Part shown: positions 31,772 to 40,879 of the stretch, piece by piece
How the letters are laid out: every line of letters begins with the position of its first letter
Position numbering within the stretch: position 1 is the stretch's first letter
Assembly (NCBI GenBank): GCA_002688775.1
Contig: NZDH01000017.1
Location: forward strand, 1-62,559
Source of the DNA: Candidatus Woesearchaeota archaeon
Lineage (GTDB): Archaea > Nanobdellota > Nanobdellia > Woesearchaeales > GW2011-AR4
Length of the DNA: 62,559 nucleotides
Direction: 5' to 3'
Notes under the pieces: generated by a model
Databases searched by the model: none
What the model was told of the DNA's origin: nothing
The model's input: only the letters and a program-made list of their open reading frames with translations
Translations under genes and position numbers: made by a program

Positions 31772-32515
31772 TTAAACATTAACCTTCATCTTATCACTAG
31801 CAAGAACAATTTTTCCATCAAAAGTCTTCCTGCACTGCTTTACAATGTCAGTTTTCAGCACTTCCGGATAGAAATGAGTCAAGATAAGCACCTTAACATT
31901 GGCCTTTGATGCTATTTTGCCAGCCAAAGAAGGCGTCAGATGTCCTTCTACTTTATTGGGAAACGAGCACTCTATCAGCAGAACATCGGCATTTTCAGCA
32001 GCCTTGATTGTTTCACTGCAATATTCGGAATCGCTGGCATATACACAGGATTTTCCTTTATGCTCGAACCTGTAAGCAATGCTTTTGGTTGTGCTGCTGT
32101 GCTTTATTTGATTAGTTGTAACATTCACATTCCCTATCTTGATCTTTGAATTTTTTAATTCTTTAATATTTATGCCAAATGGGGATTTTGGCTTTTGTAG
32201 TAGTTTATTGTTCAATATCCTAAAATATTTTTTAAAGCCTTTAGGCCCGTAAAGATTCAGTGCCTTTTTCCTTTTGCCGCCATAATTATTGCCCCATATG
32301 ATGGCGCCTAAGTCATTGATGTGGTCATTATGAAGATGTGTATAAAATATATGACCTATATCAAACAGATTAAATTTTAACTCAAGCAATCTTCTGGTAA
32401 TTCCCGCACCACTGTCAAGCAAAAATTTTTTGCCATCAGCTTCAAGCATATATCCTGAATTGTTTCTCTCCAACAATGGTGCAGCAGTCCCACTCCCCAA
32501 TATTGTTAGCTTCAT
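31772..32515 (-). CDS. MBL-fold hydrolase (RNase Z-like)
   Basis: LGSG, LLDSGAG, THLHNDH, LILTHFYP. Confidence 0.85.
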   Translation of the reverse strand: MKLTILGSGTAAPLLERNNSGYMLEADGKKFLLDSGAGITRRLLELKFNLFDIGHIFYTHLHNDHINDLGAIIWGNNYGGKRKKALNLYGPKGFKKYFRILNNKLLQKPKSPFGINIKELKNSKIKIGNVNVTTNQIKHSSTTKSIAYRFEHKGKSCVYASDSEYCSETIKAAENADVLLIECSFPNKVEGHLTPSLAGKIASKANVKVLILTHFYPEVLKTDIVKQCRKTFDGKIVLASDKMKVNV

Positions 32516-33267
32516 TTCAAGCGTTTAAGCAATTCTTTGTGCAATTTACCATTAGACATGACAAATTCCTCATGCTGCGGCATTGTATTTCTACCATTCA
32601 AATCTGTTATCTTACCGCCAGCTTCTTCAACAATCAGGAAACCGGCAGCAATATCCCATTCATTTGTTGATATGATAACATAGCCATCACTGTTTCCGCA
32701 TGAAACAAGCAAAAGGCCGTATATCGCAGAGCCTAAATTCCGTACATCAATCCTTTCATCAGTCAAATTCTGGAGGAAATTTAATTTTTTCTGTCTTTTT
32801 CTGTATCCGTAATCAACAACTATCAATGAATGCTCAAAAGTTTTTTTGTTCGATACATGCACCTTTTTGCCGTTAAGGAAGGCCCCCTTGCCTTTCTCAG
32901 CAACAACAGTCTGCCTCAATATAGGAAAATGCAAAACTCCGACAATAGGCTTATCCTTATACTCCAATGCAATAGAAGTGCCAAATAAAGGTATTTCGTG
33001 AATAAAATTATGAGTTCCGTCTAAAGGGTCCAATACCCATTTGTAATCTGATTTGTTATCTTCAAAACCAGTTTCTTCAGAAAGAATGCTGTGATCAGGA
33101 AAATTTTTCTTGATTGTATCGATGATTGCCTTGTTTGCTTCTATATCTGCCTTTGATACAAAAGTCTTGTCAGATTTTTTCATAACATTCGGCTTTTTGC
33201 CGTAATATTTCAATAACACTTTTCCTGCTTTTCTGGCTGCCAGCAAGGCTGTAGATTTAAAATTCAT
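32512..33267 (-). CDS. Inositol monophosphatase / FBPase family
   Basis: ILSEE, WVLDPLDGTHNF, WDIAAG. Confidence 0.92.
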   Translation of the reverse strand: MNFKSTALLAARKAGKVLLKYYGKKPNVMKKSDKTFVSKADIEANKAIIDTIKKNFPDHSILSEETGFEDNKSDYKWVLDPLDGTHNFIHEIPLFGTSIALEYKDKPIVGVLHFPILRQTVVAEKGKGAFLNGKKVHVSNKKTFEHSLIVVDYGYRKRQKKLNFLQNLTDERIDVRNLGSAIYGLLLVSCGNSDGYVIISTNEWDIAAGFLIVEEAGGKITDLNGRNTMPQHEEFVMSNGKLHKELLKRLK

Positions 33268-33311
33268 AGAAAAAATAGCGTAGAACTATTATTAAAAGGT
33301 TTGGATTTAAA

Positions 33312-34436
33312 TTATACTTCACTAACAAAAAAAGAATGATATTGAATTCGACCTTCATGTCCCAGATGCCTAATCGCTGCTTTGCTTGCTCTCTGTACAA
33401 GTGTAGTCATATTTAAATCAACCTGCCTTTGAGCTCTTTCTAAATATTGTCTTGCAAAATCACCTAAAAAAGTATCGCCAGCTCCGCTTGTTTTTCCAAA
33501 TCTCGATTTTATAGATGTACCCACTCTCCTGCCATGTTCTTCGGTCAGCCCAGTTCTATATATTTTAGTGCCATCATATGAATACAATACACCCCCGGAA
33601 CCAAGTGTTACAATCAAGGGATGGCCATTACTCAAACTATCAGCTCTTATTTGCCTCATGTGCTCCAAAGCAACATTTCGCAAACCCGCTTTATCAAACT
33701 CCATTGGATTGTATCCATTAATCCTTACCAAGTCCTCATATCCGAATAAAGTTACCCCAGCGGGTAAAACCCTTTCATAAACAAAATCTTTGTCCAAAGA
33801 AGGGGTTACCATGAAGAATACCGGAATGTTTCTTCTTTGTGCACTTTGTAATAGAGCCTCGACAAAATCTTCATCTTTAGCGCCGTTAACGATAAGACCG
33901 TCTGACTGTTCAATGACATCATCTATTACGGCTCTATGTTCATCCAGCAATTGTTTTCTCGGAAGTCGCGGGCCTTTTAAGATAATCTTGTCATGATGGC
34001 CACCTATAACCGCATTGACAGGGGATGGTCTATAACCAAAGAAGTGGTGTAGGATCTCAGAATCATCTAGGTGATGGGTTATTACTGGATCATTTTGTGA
34101 CATATCTAATATAGTTATTCTAACATCAGAATCAAAATCTGATCTGGCAATTAAGGACACTGCAGTATTTATGTTTCCCCCTCCTGGTTTCAGTTGAAAT
34201 TTTAAGCCTCTTATATAATCTTCCATGCCCCTTTGATAAGAACTTGCATCTAACATTACAGTATGTTTGTAGCCGTGTGTTATAGGACCGTCTTCAACTA
34301 TAAAATCTCTGAAAAAACTGCCGGAAGTAACTGTTACCGAATCTGGCAGTTCAATTTCCACTATTCCTTCAAGATCAGCATCTAATGCTGCGTTGCCTGC
34401 CACAGTCATATTTAGTTTTAATCCTTCTTCAGTCAT
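33312..34436 (-). CDS. PfkB-family carbohydrate kinase (divergent)
   Basis: PGGGNINTA, VTLGSGG, TSGAGDTF. Confidence 0.75.
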   Translation of the reverse strand: MTEEGLKLNMTVAGNAALDADLEGIVEIELPDSVTVTSGSFFRDFIVEDGPITHGYKHTVMLDASSYQRGMEDYIRGLKFQLKPGGGNINTAVSLIARSDFDSDVRITILDMSQNDPVITHHLDDSEILHHFFGYRPSPVNAVIGGHHDKIILKGPRLPRKQLLDEHRAVIDDVIEQSDGLIVNGAKDEDFVEALLQSAQRRNIPVFFMVTPSLDKDFVYERVLPAGVTLFGYEDLVRINGYNPMEFDKAGLRNVALEHMRQIRADSLSNGHPLIVTLGSGGVLYSYDGTKIYRTGLTEEHGRRVGTSIKSRFGKTSGAGDTFLGDFARQYLERAQRQVDLNMTTLVQRASKAAIRHLGHEGRIQYHSFFVSEV

Positions 34437-34513
34437 TTATATTTCTCCAAATGTAGTATTTTCTACAGGTATTTTGAAAGTATTTTATAACTTTCGGTAA
34501 TTGTCTCTTAAAG

Positions 34514-35479
34514 TCAGAAATACTGTGAATTCTTCAAATTCCCCTCAATCCTCTTCAGAACATCTTCATTCTTTGCTTCAAACTGTTTTCCAGTTATCAT
34601 TTCATAAGCGGTAATGTACCTTTTTGCAGCTTCAATTTTGACTTCATCAGGTATTTGTGGAATTTCTCCTTCGCCTATGAATCCTTTTTCAGCTAACCAT
34701 TGCCTTACATACTCCTTGTCAAGCTTTTTAGGTCCTTGATTTTTTGAGAATAATTCTTCATAAGTATCCTTGATCCAGAATCTTGAAGAATCCGGTGTAT
34801 GGATTTCATCAATCAGGACAAGCTCACCATCAAGCTCGCCAAATTCATACTTTGTATCAACTAATATCAAATTATTTTTTGCAATAAATTCATTTCCAAA
34901 ATTGTAAAGGGCTAATGCGGCTTTTTCCATCTGCCTGTACATTTTCTCTTCAACTAACCCTTGTTTAATTATTTCATCCCCAGAAATAGATTCGTCATGG
35001 GCACCATGCCCTGCCTTTGTTGTTGGCGTTATGATTGGTTTTTCAAATTTCTGATGCTTTTTCAGACCTTCTGGAAGAATGTTTCCGCAAAAATTCCTGA
35101 CACCTTTTTCATAATTATACCATGCAGAAGTTTTTGTGACGCCGGTTATATAACCCCTTACAACCATCTCAACCGGCAGCAATTTGCATTGCTTTACAAC
35201 CATTACATTTGGATCCGGAACATTAATAATGTGGTTTTTTACAATATCTTTAGTTTGCTCAAACCAAAAAGCAGCTGTCTGGTTAAGAACCTGCCCCTTG
35301 AATGGAATTGTACAAAGAACCTTGTCAAAAGCAGAAATCCTGTCTGTTGTTATTATGGTTCTTTTTCCATCTAAAATATAGTTATCCCTGACTTTGCCCT
35401 CGTATTTCTTGCCAATGTTGAAATTGGTTTTATCCAACATATGGTTTAGTTGGGTTTTTAGGATTTGGTCTGATAGCAT
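34514..35479 (-). CDS. purC: SAICAR synthase
   Basis: GKVRD, TDRISAFD, VDTKYEFG, DEIHTPDSSRFW. Confidence 0.96.
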   Translation of the reverse strand: MLSDQILKTQLNHMLDKTNFNIGKKYEGKVRDNYILDGKRTIITTDRISAFDKVLCTIPFKGQVLNQTAAFWFEQTKDIVKNHIINVPDPNVMVVKQCKLLPVEMVVRGYITGVTKTSAWYNYEKGVRNFCGNILPEGLKKHQKFEKPIITPTTKAGHGAHDESISGDEIIKQGLVEEKMYRQMEKAALALYNFGNEFIAKNNLILVDTKYEFGELDGELVLIDEIHTPDSSRFWIKDTYEELFSKNQGPKKLDKEYVRQWLAEKGFIGEGEIPQIPDEVKIEAAKRYITAYEMITGKQFEAKNEDVLKRIEGNLKNSQYF

Positions 35480-35535
35480 CTTAAATTTAGAATAAATGCT
35501 AGGTTTTTAAAGTTTTTTCTTTATGCCAGAATAAG

Positions 35536-35654
35536 CGCCGCGGCTGGGATTTCCACCCAGAAAGGACGCATAGTCTTCCTGAAATTTGAACCCAGAAGCT
35601 CTTGCGAGCAGGAGGTTCTGAAACTCCCGGAATACCAGATTATCCTACCGCGGC
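35536..35654 (-). tRNA. Type II tRNA, anticodon CAG, serine-like body (G73), T-loop intron 35550-35584
   Basis: GCCGCGG TA GGAT AATCTGGTA TTCC G GGAGT TT CAG AA CCTCC T GCTC GCAA GAGC TT CTGGG TTCAAA[35 nt]T CCCAG CCGCGGC G. Confidence 0.8.
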
Positions 35655-35693
35655 ATAGCAAAGTTTAAATACTTAATAGCCCTTCATAGTAGT

Positions 35694-35732
35694 GAGGTTC
35701 TGAAGCTCTTTGAATACCGGTTATCTTACCGG
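35694..35732 (-). repeat. Degenerate copy of the 5' half of the adjacent tRNA
   Basis: CCGGTAAGATAACCGGTATTCAAAGAGCTTCAGAACCTC vs GCGGTAGGATAATCTGGTATTCCGGGAGTTTCAGAACCTC; no T arm follows. Confidence 0.7.
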
Positions 35733-35776
35733 TTTTATTTTTCTTTTAATTCTGTAAGAAGACTTACTTTATATAC

Positions 35777-35797
35777 TTCACACGTCCATGTCCAGTG
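35777..35797 (-). promoter_or_regulatory. 21-bp motif abutting a TATA box (copy 2)
   Basis: CACTGGACATGGACGTGTGAA then GTATATAAA. Confidence 0.6.
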
Positions 35798-35854
35798 TCC
35801 ATTGCTACTAAGAAGTATAGTTTTTAGAATATAAATCAGAAAAAATTTTCCAAA

Positions 35855-36622
35855 TTATTTATTCGCTCCCAAAACTTTCTTTCCGATCTCTCTTCTGTAC
35901 ATTGTCAAAAATTCTTCAAAACTGTTGTCAATGTTCATTATCTCAACAGCAGCAACTGCTGCGTTAACACCATTATTAGTTCCAACCCACAATCCATGAT
36001 CACTGTGTTTTAAGAAGTTCAAAGCAGATTCTGCTTTGTCATCATCTTCTTTCAACAAAGGACAATATATGATCAATCCATTCTTTTTCTCAATCGGCTC
36101 ATCAAAATGAGTAAATTCTATATTAACTGTGTTTTTGTTCGGTTTATCAGAAAAAGTGTATGGCGCATTTAATGATTTCAGGATTTCAACTGCTTTTTTA
36201 ACTGCCTTGTTGTCTTTATCGCCGATTATTGTAACACTTTCGTATTTTTTCATCATTTTGGCGCAGTTTTGAGCAGCGATTTCGCCTTTGTTTACTCCGA
36301 CAGCCAAAACAGGGACTCCAGGCGGCATCTGGGCAACTGAAAGCAATGCATCTAATCCCTGATAACTGCCTTCACAAGGAACTCCAATCACAGGTTTCAT
36401 AATTCTTGCAGCAACAACACCTGGAAGATGAGCTGCTAAACCAGCTCCTGCAATAACAACAGCGTAATCATTCTTCAAAGTTTGATCAACATCGTCTGGA
36501 GTCTTATGCGCAGAACTAACTCTCAAGTCAAAATCAACTTTTAATTTTTTTAGGTTTTCAGCTATTTCATTGTATACTTTCTCATCTGATTTTGAGCCGA
36601 ATATTACTAACGCTTTGTTCAT
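35855..36622 (-). CDS. purE: PurE with a degenerate second PurE-like domain
   Basis: GSKSD, SAHKTP, AGAGLAAHLPG, PVIGVP, QMPPGVPV; C-terminal LWVGTNNGVNAA echo. Confidence 0.88.
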   Translation of the reverse strand: MNKALVIFGSKSDEKVYNEIAENLKKLKVDFDLRVSSAHKTPDDVDQTLKNDYAVVIAGAGLAAHLPGVVAARIMKPVIGVPCEGSYQGLDALLSVAQMPPGVPVLAVGVNKGEIAAQNCAKMMKKYESVTIIGDKDNKAVKKAVEILKSLNAPYTFSDKPNKNTVNIEFTHFDEPIEKKNGLIIYCPLLKEDDDKAESALNFLKHSDHGLWVGTNNGVNAAVAAVEIMNIDNSFEEFLTMYRREIGKKVLGANK

Positions 36623-36630
36623 TTTCCCAC

Positions 36631-37083
36631 CTACAATATAGTATATTCCTGATAATGCTCACTCACTAATAACTCTTTCGCTGCTTTTTCAGCGATTTTT
36701 TTTGCTTCTTTCTCGTCAGCGTCTATGTTAAGGCTCCACAGAACTGACTTTTCAACTCTTTTGATGTTTTCAAACCCAAGTCTGTTTTTTAATGTTGCTA
36801 AAATGCCGCTTCCATCATTTAAATTTCTTACTAATATTTTAACATAGTTATTGTTTGGAATTGAAAAATCATATGAATGCTTGTTGGCATTGACTAAAAT
36901 ATCGACTTTGCATATTTTATTCTTAAACTCTTCTAAATCATCTTCAACAGAAAACTTGTAATAACTTGATCTTGTAACATCTTTTATTTTACTGAATCCT
37001 AGTTTCTGCAAAGTCTGCAGCGCAGTGATAGCTGTAGTATCAGGAACTTTCAGGCTTACGATCATGTCTACTGTTTTTGTCAT
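36631..37083 (-). CDS. purS: Tandem (double-domain) PurS
   Basis: Two PurS-like halves (LQKLGF..ILVN; LKNRLGF..LLVS); position in the pur operon. Confidence 0.7.
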   Translation of the reverse strand: MTKTVDMIVSLKVPDTTAITALQTLQKLGFSKIKDVTRSSYYKFSVEDDLEEFKNKICKVDILVNANKHSYDFSIPNNNYVKILVRNLNDGSGILATLKNRLGFENIKRVEKSVLWSLNIDADEKEAKKIAEKAAKELLVSEHYQEYTIL

Positions 37084-37084
37084 T

Positions 37085-37365
37085 TTATACCATACCGAGG
37101 ATTCTTTTCATATAAGGAGCCACATGAACCCTATAGTCCTCTATATCTACTGGATCGTACCCTCTTGATTCACATCCCCGTAAAATTGCATTAAATCTCT
37201 TTACAAGTGTTCTCAGTCTTTGTCCATCTTGTGTGAATTTCATTTGACTTAATAAGGTGTCAAGCTCAATATTGTCCTATCAGGGATTAGTGATGATTCG
37301 AAAGGCATCTCTGGCAGACCATCAAAGATAGTGCCATGTTGAAGTCTTTCTTCAATGGAATCCAT
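37085..37365 (-). pseudogene. Frameshifted hypothetical gene (~93 aa)
   Basis: MDSIEERLQHG...SLIPD, then one base short near 37277, continuing DNIELDTLL...RILGMV*. Confidence 0.5.
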
Positions 37366-37396
37366 TAAATCATAAATTTTTATCACCTAAATGATT

Positions 37397-37666
37397 TTAA
37401 TCTGTCCTATTGCCATAAATTTCTTGAGCTTTCGGATGTTGCTGCAAGCATGAAGACAAATCCATGAGTCTTTGCTTAGCTTCAGCATCATTGACATCCA
37501 TAGTATAATATTCCCTAACTACCAGTCTATATTCAGCTGCCAAGTCTCTAACTCCTCGCACGTCATGAGATTCCCTGATTCGTTCCAATAATGTTTCAAG
37601 ACGCTTAACAGCATCAATCGGAAATTTTTGGCTGCCAGGTGGTTGCGAATCATCAATTAATGCCAT
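37397..37666 (-). CDS. Hypothetical protein
   Basis: 89-aa ORF abutting the purQ stop. Confidence 0.6.
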   Translation of the reverse strand: MALIDDSQPPGSQKFPIDAVKRLETLLERIRESHDVRGVRDLAAEYRLVVREYYTMDVNDAEAKQRLMDLSSCLQQHPKAQEIYGNRTD

Positions 37667-38482
37667 TTATGTTATCTCCTCCTCAATATACTTCCTCATT
37701 GATTTAAAGATTTGCATAGCCGGTGCAAAACTGTTCATTGCAGCAATATTCCCAGCAGATTTGTTTCTCAATTCTACAATATCTGGTAACTGCCTGACAA
37801 AAGATGCTCTTTCAGGATGTGGCATTATGGCCATTACATTTCCCTTTTTGTTGCATATTGCAGCGATATTATTCATTGCGCCATTGGGATTTGTAGGAAA
37901 TTTCGATTCTGTTTTTCCATCTTTTGTTGAAAATTTGAATACAATCTGCTTGTTTTTTGCCAATTTATCGATCAATTCCTTATCATTTGTTATGTATCTC
38001 CCTTCACCATGGGCAATAGGCATAGGAATTACTTCATTTTGTTCAGTAAACTTAGTAAAAGCACATCCATTAGTTTCTTCTGGGCCTTTCACATGAATCC
38101 AGGCGCAGTAATATCCGCTCACAAAAGGATTGATATTTGGAGCAAGAGACATCTCGGCTTTTTTCTTCAATCCAGGAACCATTCCATACTCAACAAGAGC
38201 TTGTGCCCCATTGCAGATCCCCAGAACAGGCTTGCCATTTTCAGCTTCCTTGTTTATAGTGTTAAAAACGGGATCTTTTGAAGCGATAACACCAGCTCTG
38301 ATTCTGTCTTCATAAGCCCAGCCGCCGGGAATTACAAAACCGTCGAATTTCTCAACATTTTTTCTCTCATTCCATCTCACAATCTTCCCATCCATTCCGC
38401 TTGCTAAGACAGCTTTTAGCGATTCCTCTTCGCAATTATTGCCTGGAAAATATATGACTGCAACGTTAGGTTTTTTGGGCAT
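37667..38482 (-). CDS. purQ: FGAM synthase glutaminase subunit
   Basis: FPGNNC, PGGWAYED, LGICNG, IAHGEG, NPNG, MPHPER. Confidence 0.95.
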   Translation of the reverse strand: MPKKPNVAVIYFPGNNCEEESLKAVLASGMDGKIVRWNERKNVEKFDGFVIPGGWAYEDRIRAGVIASKDPVFNTINKEAENGKPVLGICNGAQALVEYGMVPGLKKKAEMSLAPNINPFVSGYYCAWIHVKGPEETNGCAFTKFTEQNEVIPMPIAHGEGRYITNDKELIDKLAKNKQIVFKFSTKDGKTESKFPTNPNGAMNNIAAICNKKGNVMAIMPHPERASFVRQLPDIVELRNKSAGNIAAMNSFAPAMQIFKSMRKYIEEEIT

Positions 38483-38483
38483 T

Positions 38484-40835
38484 TTATTCCAACGCCTCCA
38501 CAAATCCCATTGTCCATGCTTCCTTCAGCTTATCGACATGCAAATCAATTATTTTCTTGTTGTTTTTATTGAAAATAAGCTTTGTTCCGTCTGTTTTTCC
38601 TAATTCAACCAAATCAATCTTGTAAAACTTAAACAAAGTCTTCAATCTTGACAAATTTTGATTATCAACTTCAAAAACAAAGCCAGAGCTTTCTGAAAAC
38701 AATGCTTTGTCAGTTCTTAAATCTGTGAAATCCAAATTAATCTCAGCTCCAATTCGACCATCGGCATCTCCACCTAAAATCATTTCTGAAATTGTTGTTG
38801 CCAACCCACCATCTGAAACATCATGGCAGGATAAAAGCAGATTGCTGTCGATTGCATCAACAACAGCAGAGGTCATATTGCGTTCACTTTCAAAATCAAT
38901 TATAGGGACTATTGCTCCAATTTCATCATTAACATCGTAATATACAGAACCCCCTAATTCGTCTTTTCTTTTTCCGATTAAGAATAAAGTGCTTCCTTCT
39001 TTCTTGATTTTCATTGTTATGGCTTTGCTGTAATCCTTCAAAACACCTACACAGGCAATCACCGGGCTTGGATCAACTGCTTTCCCAGATGAGGATTCAT
39101 TATAGAAACTGACATTGCCAGATATAAAAGGCATAGGGAATTTCGTTCCTTTATATCGTAAATGCTTTGCAGCATCTGCAATGCCCCTTACGCCTTCATA
39201 AAAATCATAAAATGCCTCCTGATTTTCAGGATTTCCGTAATTCAAACAGTCTGTCAAAGCACTTGGCGTTGCGCCAACGGCAGCTACATTTCGCATGCTT
39301 TCTGCAACAGCATTTACAGCCCCCCAATATGGATCAATTCTGCAATATCTTGGATTGCAGTCCGTCTTTAATGCAACTCCGTAAGAACTGTTATCAACTT
39401 TCAATACACCTGCATCTGCATAGCCGCTTGAGATGACTGCATTTCCCATGACAGAAGTATCATAATGCTTGTATGCTTTTGCTTTGCTTGCAACATTTGG
39501 GTGTCTTAAGACAGAAAGCAGGGCTTTATTGCAATCTTTAGGCTCTTTCAAAATCGGCTCTTTAAAATCACGCCTTGGTGCTTCCTTAATTCTTTCATGC
39601 CTTATCCCCTCCGTGATTGCGTTGATTGGAACATTGCATACAATCTGATTATTATGTCTCAATACATAATCTTGTTCTGCCGTAACTTTGCCGATTACAA
39701 ATGCGCCTGCCCCTAAGCTGATATTTGGCAGTTCAAAATCTTTATTATATATCTTTAACAACGTTTTTGTAAAATCACTTGGACAAATCCAGGTAAATCT
39801 TTCCTGAGTTTCAGAATTTGCGATTATATAAGGTGGTAAATCTTTCATAGAAACATTTACTTTGCTTAGATCAATCTCCGCTCCAAAATCACTGCTAGAG
39901 CAGACTTCTGATGTGCTGCACATAATCCCACCAGCACCCATGTCCTTAAACCCAAGCTTAATTCCTTGCTTTCTTGCTTCTTCGAAAACAGCGTAAGTTG
40001 CCCTGATTAACACATTCTTTAGAAAAGGATCAGGAACTTGGACTGCGCCTCTGTTGCTTTCCCGGTCTTTTTCATCCAAGATTAATGATGCAAAAGCAGC
40101 GCCTCCAAAACCGGAATTATCAGTTGCTTTTCCAACAATTATTATATCGTAACCTTCTGCACTTTCAGGTGCAAAGCTGTGAATTATGTCTTTTTCTTTG
40201 ACAATTCCTAGGCAGACAACATTAACCAGGCAATTTTCATCAAAAGAATCATTAAAATAAACATCACCGCCAATGTTTGGAATGCCGACTGCATCTCCAT
40301 AGCCAGCAATGCCGTTAATCACTTCATTTGCTACGTATTTGACTCTGTTCTTGTCCTTGCCATTTGGATTTCCAAATCTTAAAGGATCTGCTGTCGCAAT
40401 TATCTTTGCCCCCATGCAAAGAACATCTCTCAGAATTCCACCAACACCAGTTGCAGCACCTTCATAAGGAACAACCTGGCTTGGATGATTATGGCTTTCA
40501 TGGCTCACAACAATTCCGTATCTTTCACCATCAATATAGCCTAATTCCACAATTCCTGAATCCTCAACAGGACCAAGAATGACATTTGGTGCTTTTGTTG
40601 GCAATAATTCTTTCAAGATGCTTCTGCTGCTTTTGTATGAGCTATGCTCGCTCCATTGAGTGTTGAAAATATAAAGCTCAGTCAAGGTTGGATTTCTGCC
40701 AATCAGTTCAACAACCCTTTTTGCCTCAAAAACACTTAGAGAAACAGCATTTTTTCTTAAAAACCCTGACAATTCCCGGTCAGACATTGCTTTTATATCT
40801 ACTAAGTCAACTTCAACCCCACCCATTTTCTCCAC
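38484..40835 (-). CDS. purL: FGAM synthase subunit PurL
   Basis: WSEHSSYKS, ESHNHPS, GAATGVGG, DMGAGG, SETQER, ISGNVSFYN. Confidence 0.96.
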   Translation of the reverse strand: MEKMGGVEVDLVDIKAMSDRELSGFLRKNAVSLSVFEAKRVVELIGRNPTLTELYIFNTQWSEHSSYKSSRSILKELLPTKAPNVILGPVEDSGIVELGYIDGERYGIVVSHESHNHPSQVVPYEGAATGVGGILRDVLCMGAKIIATADPLRFGNPNGKDKNRVKYVANEVINGIAGYGDAVGIPNIGGDVYFNDSFDENCLVNVVCLGIVKEKDIIHSFAPESAEGYDIIIVGKATDNSGFGGAAFASLILDEKDRESNRGAVQVPDPFLKNVLIRATYAVFEEARKQGIKLGFKDMGAGGIMCSTSEVCSSSDFGAEIDLSKVNVSMKDLPPYIIANSETQERFTWICPSDFTKTLLKIYNKDFELPNISLGAGAFVIGKVTAEQDYVLRHNNQIVCNVPINAITEGIRHERIKEAPRRDFKEPILKEPKDCNKALLSVLRHPNVASKAKAYKHYDTSVMGNAVISSGYADAGVLKVDNSSYGVALKTDCNPRYCRIDPYWGAVNAVAESMRNVAAVGATPSALTDCLNYGNPENQEAFYDFYEGVRGIADAAKHLRYKGTKFPMPFISGNVSFYNESSSGKAVDPSPVIACVGVLKDYSKAITMKIKKEGSTLFLIGKRKDELGGSVYYDVNDEIGAIVPIIDFESERNMTSAVVDAIDSNLLLSCHDVSDGGLATTISEMILGGDADGRIGAEINLDFTDLRTDKALFSESSGFVFEVDNQNLSRLKTLFKFYKIDLVELGKTDGTKLIFNKNNKKIIDLHVDKLKEAWTMGFVEALE

Positions 40836-40879
40836 AATATAAAGTGTAGGTGGCTGATATATATAGGTTGCGGTGATTT

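Noticed and set aside
35610-35630. tRNA-Sec or UGA suppressor reading of TTCAGA
   Set aside because: A UCA register breaks the anticodon stem, and the acceptor/T stems are 7/5 rather than the archaeal Sec 9/4.
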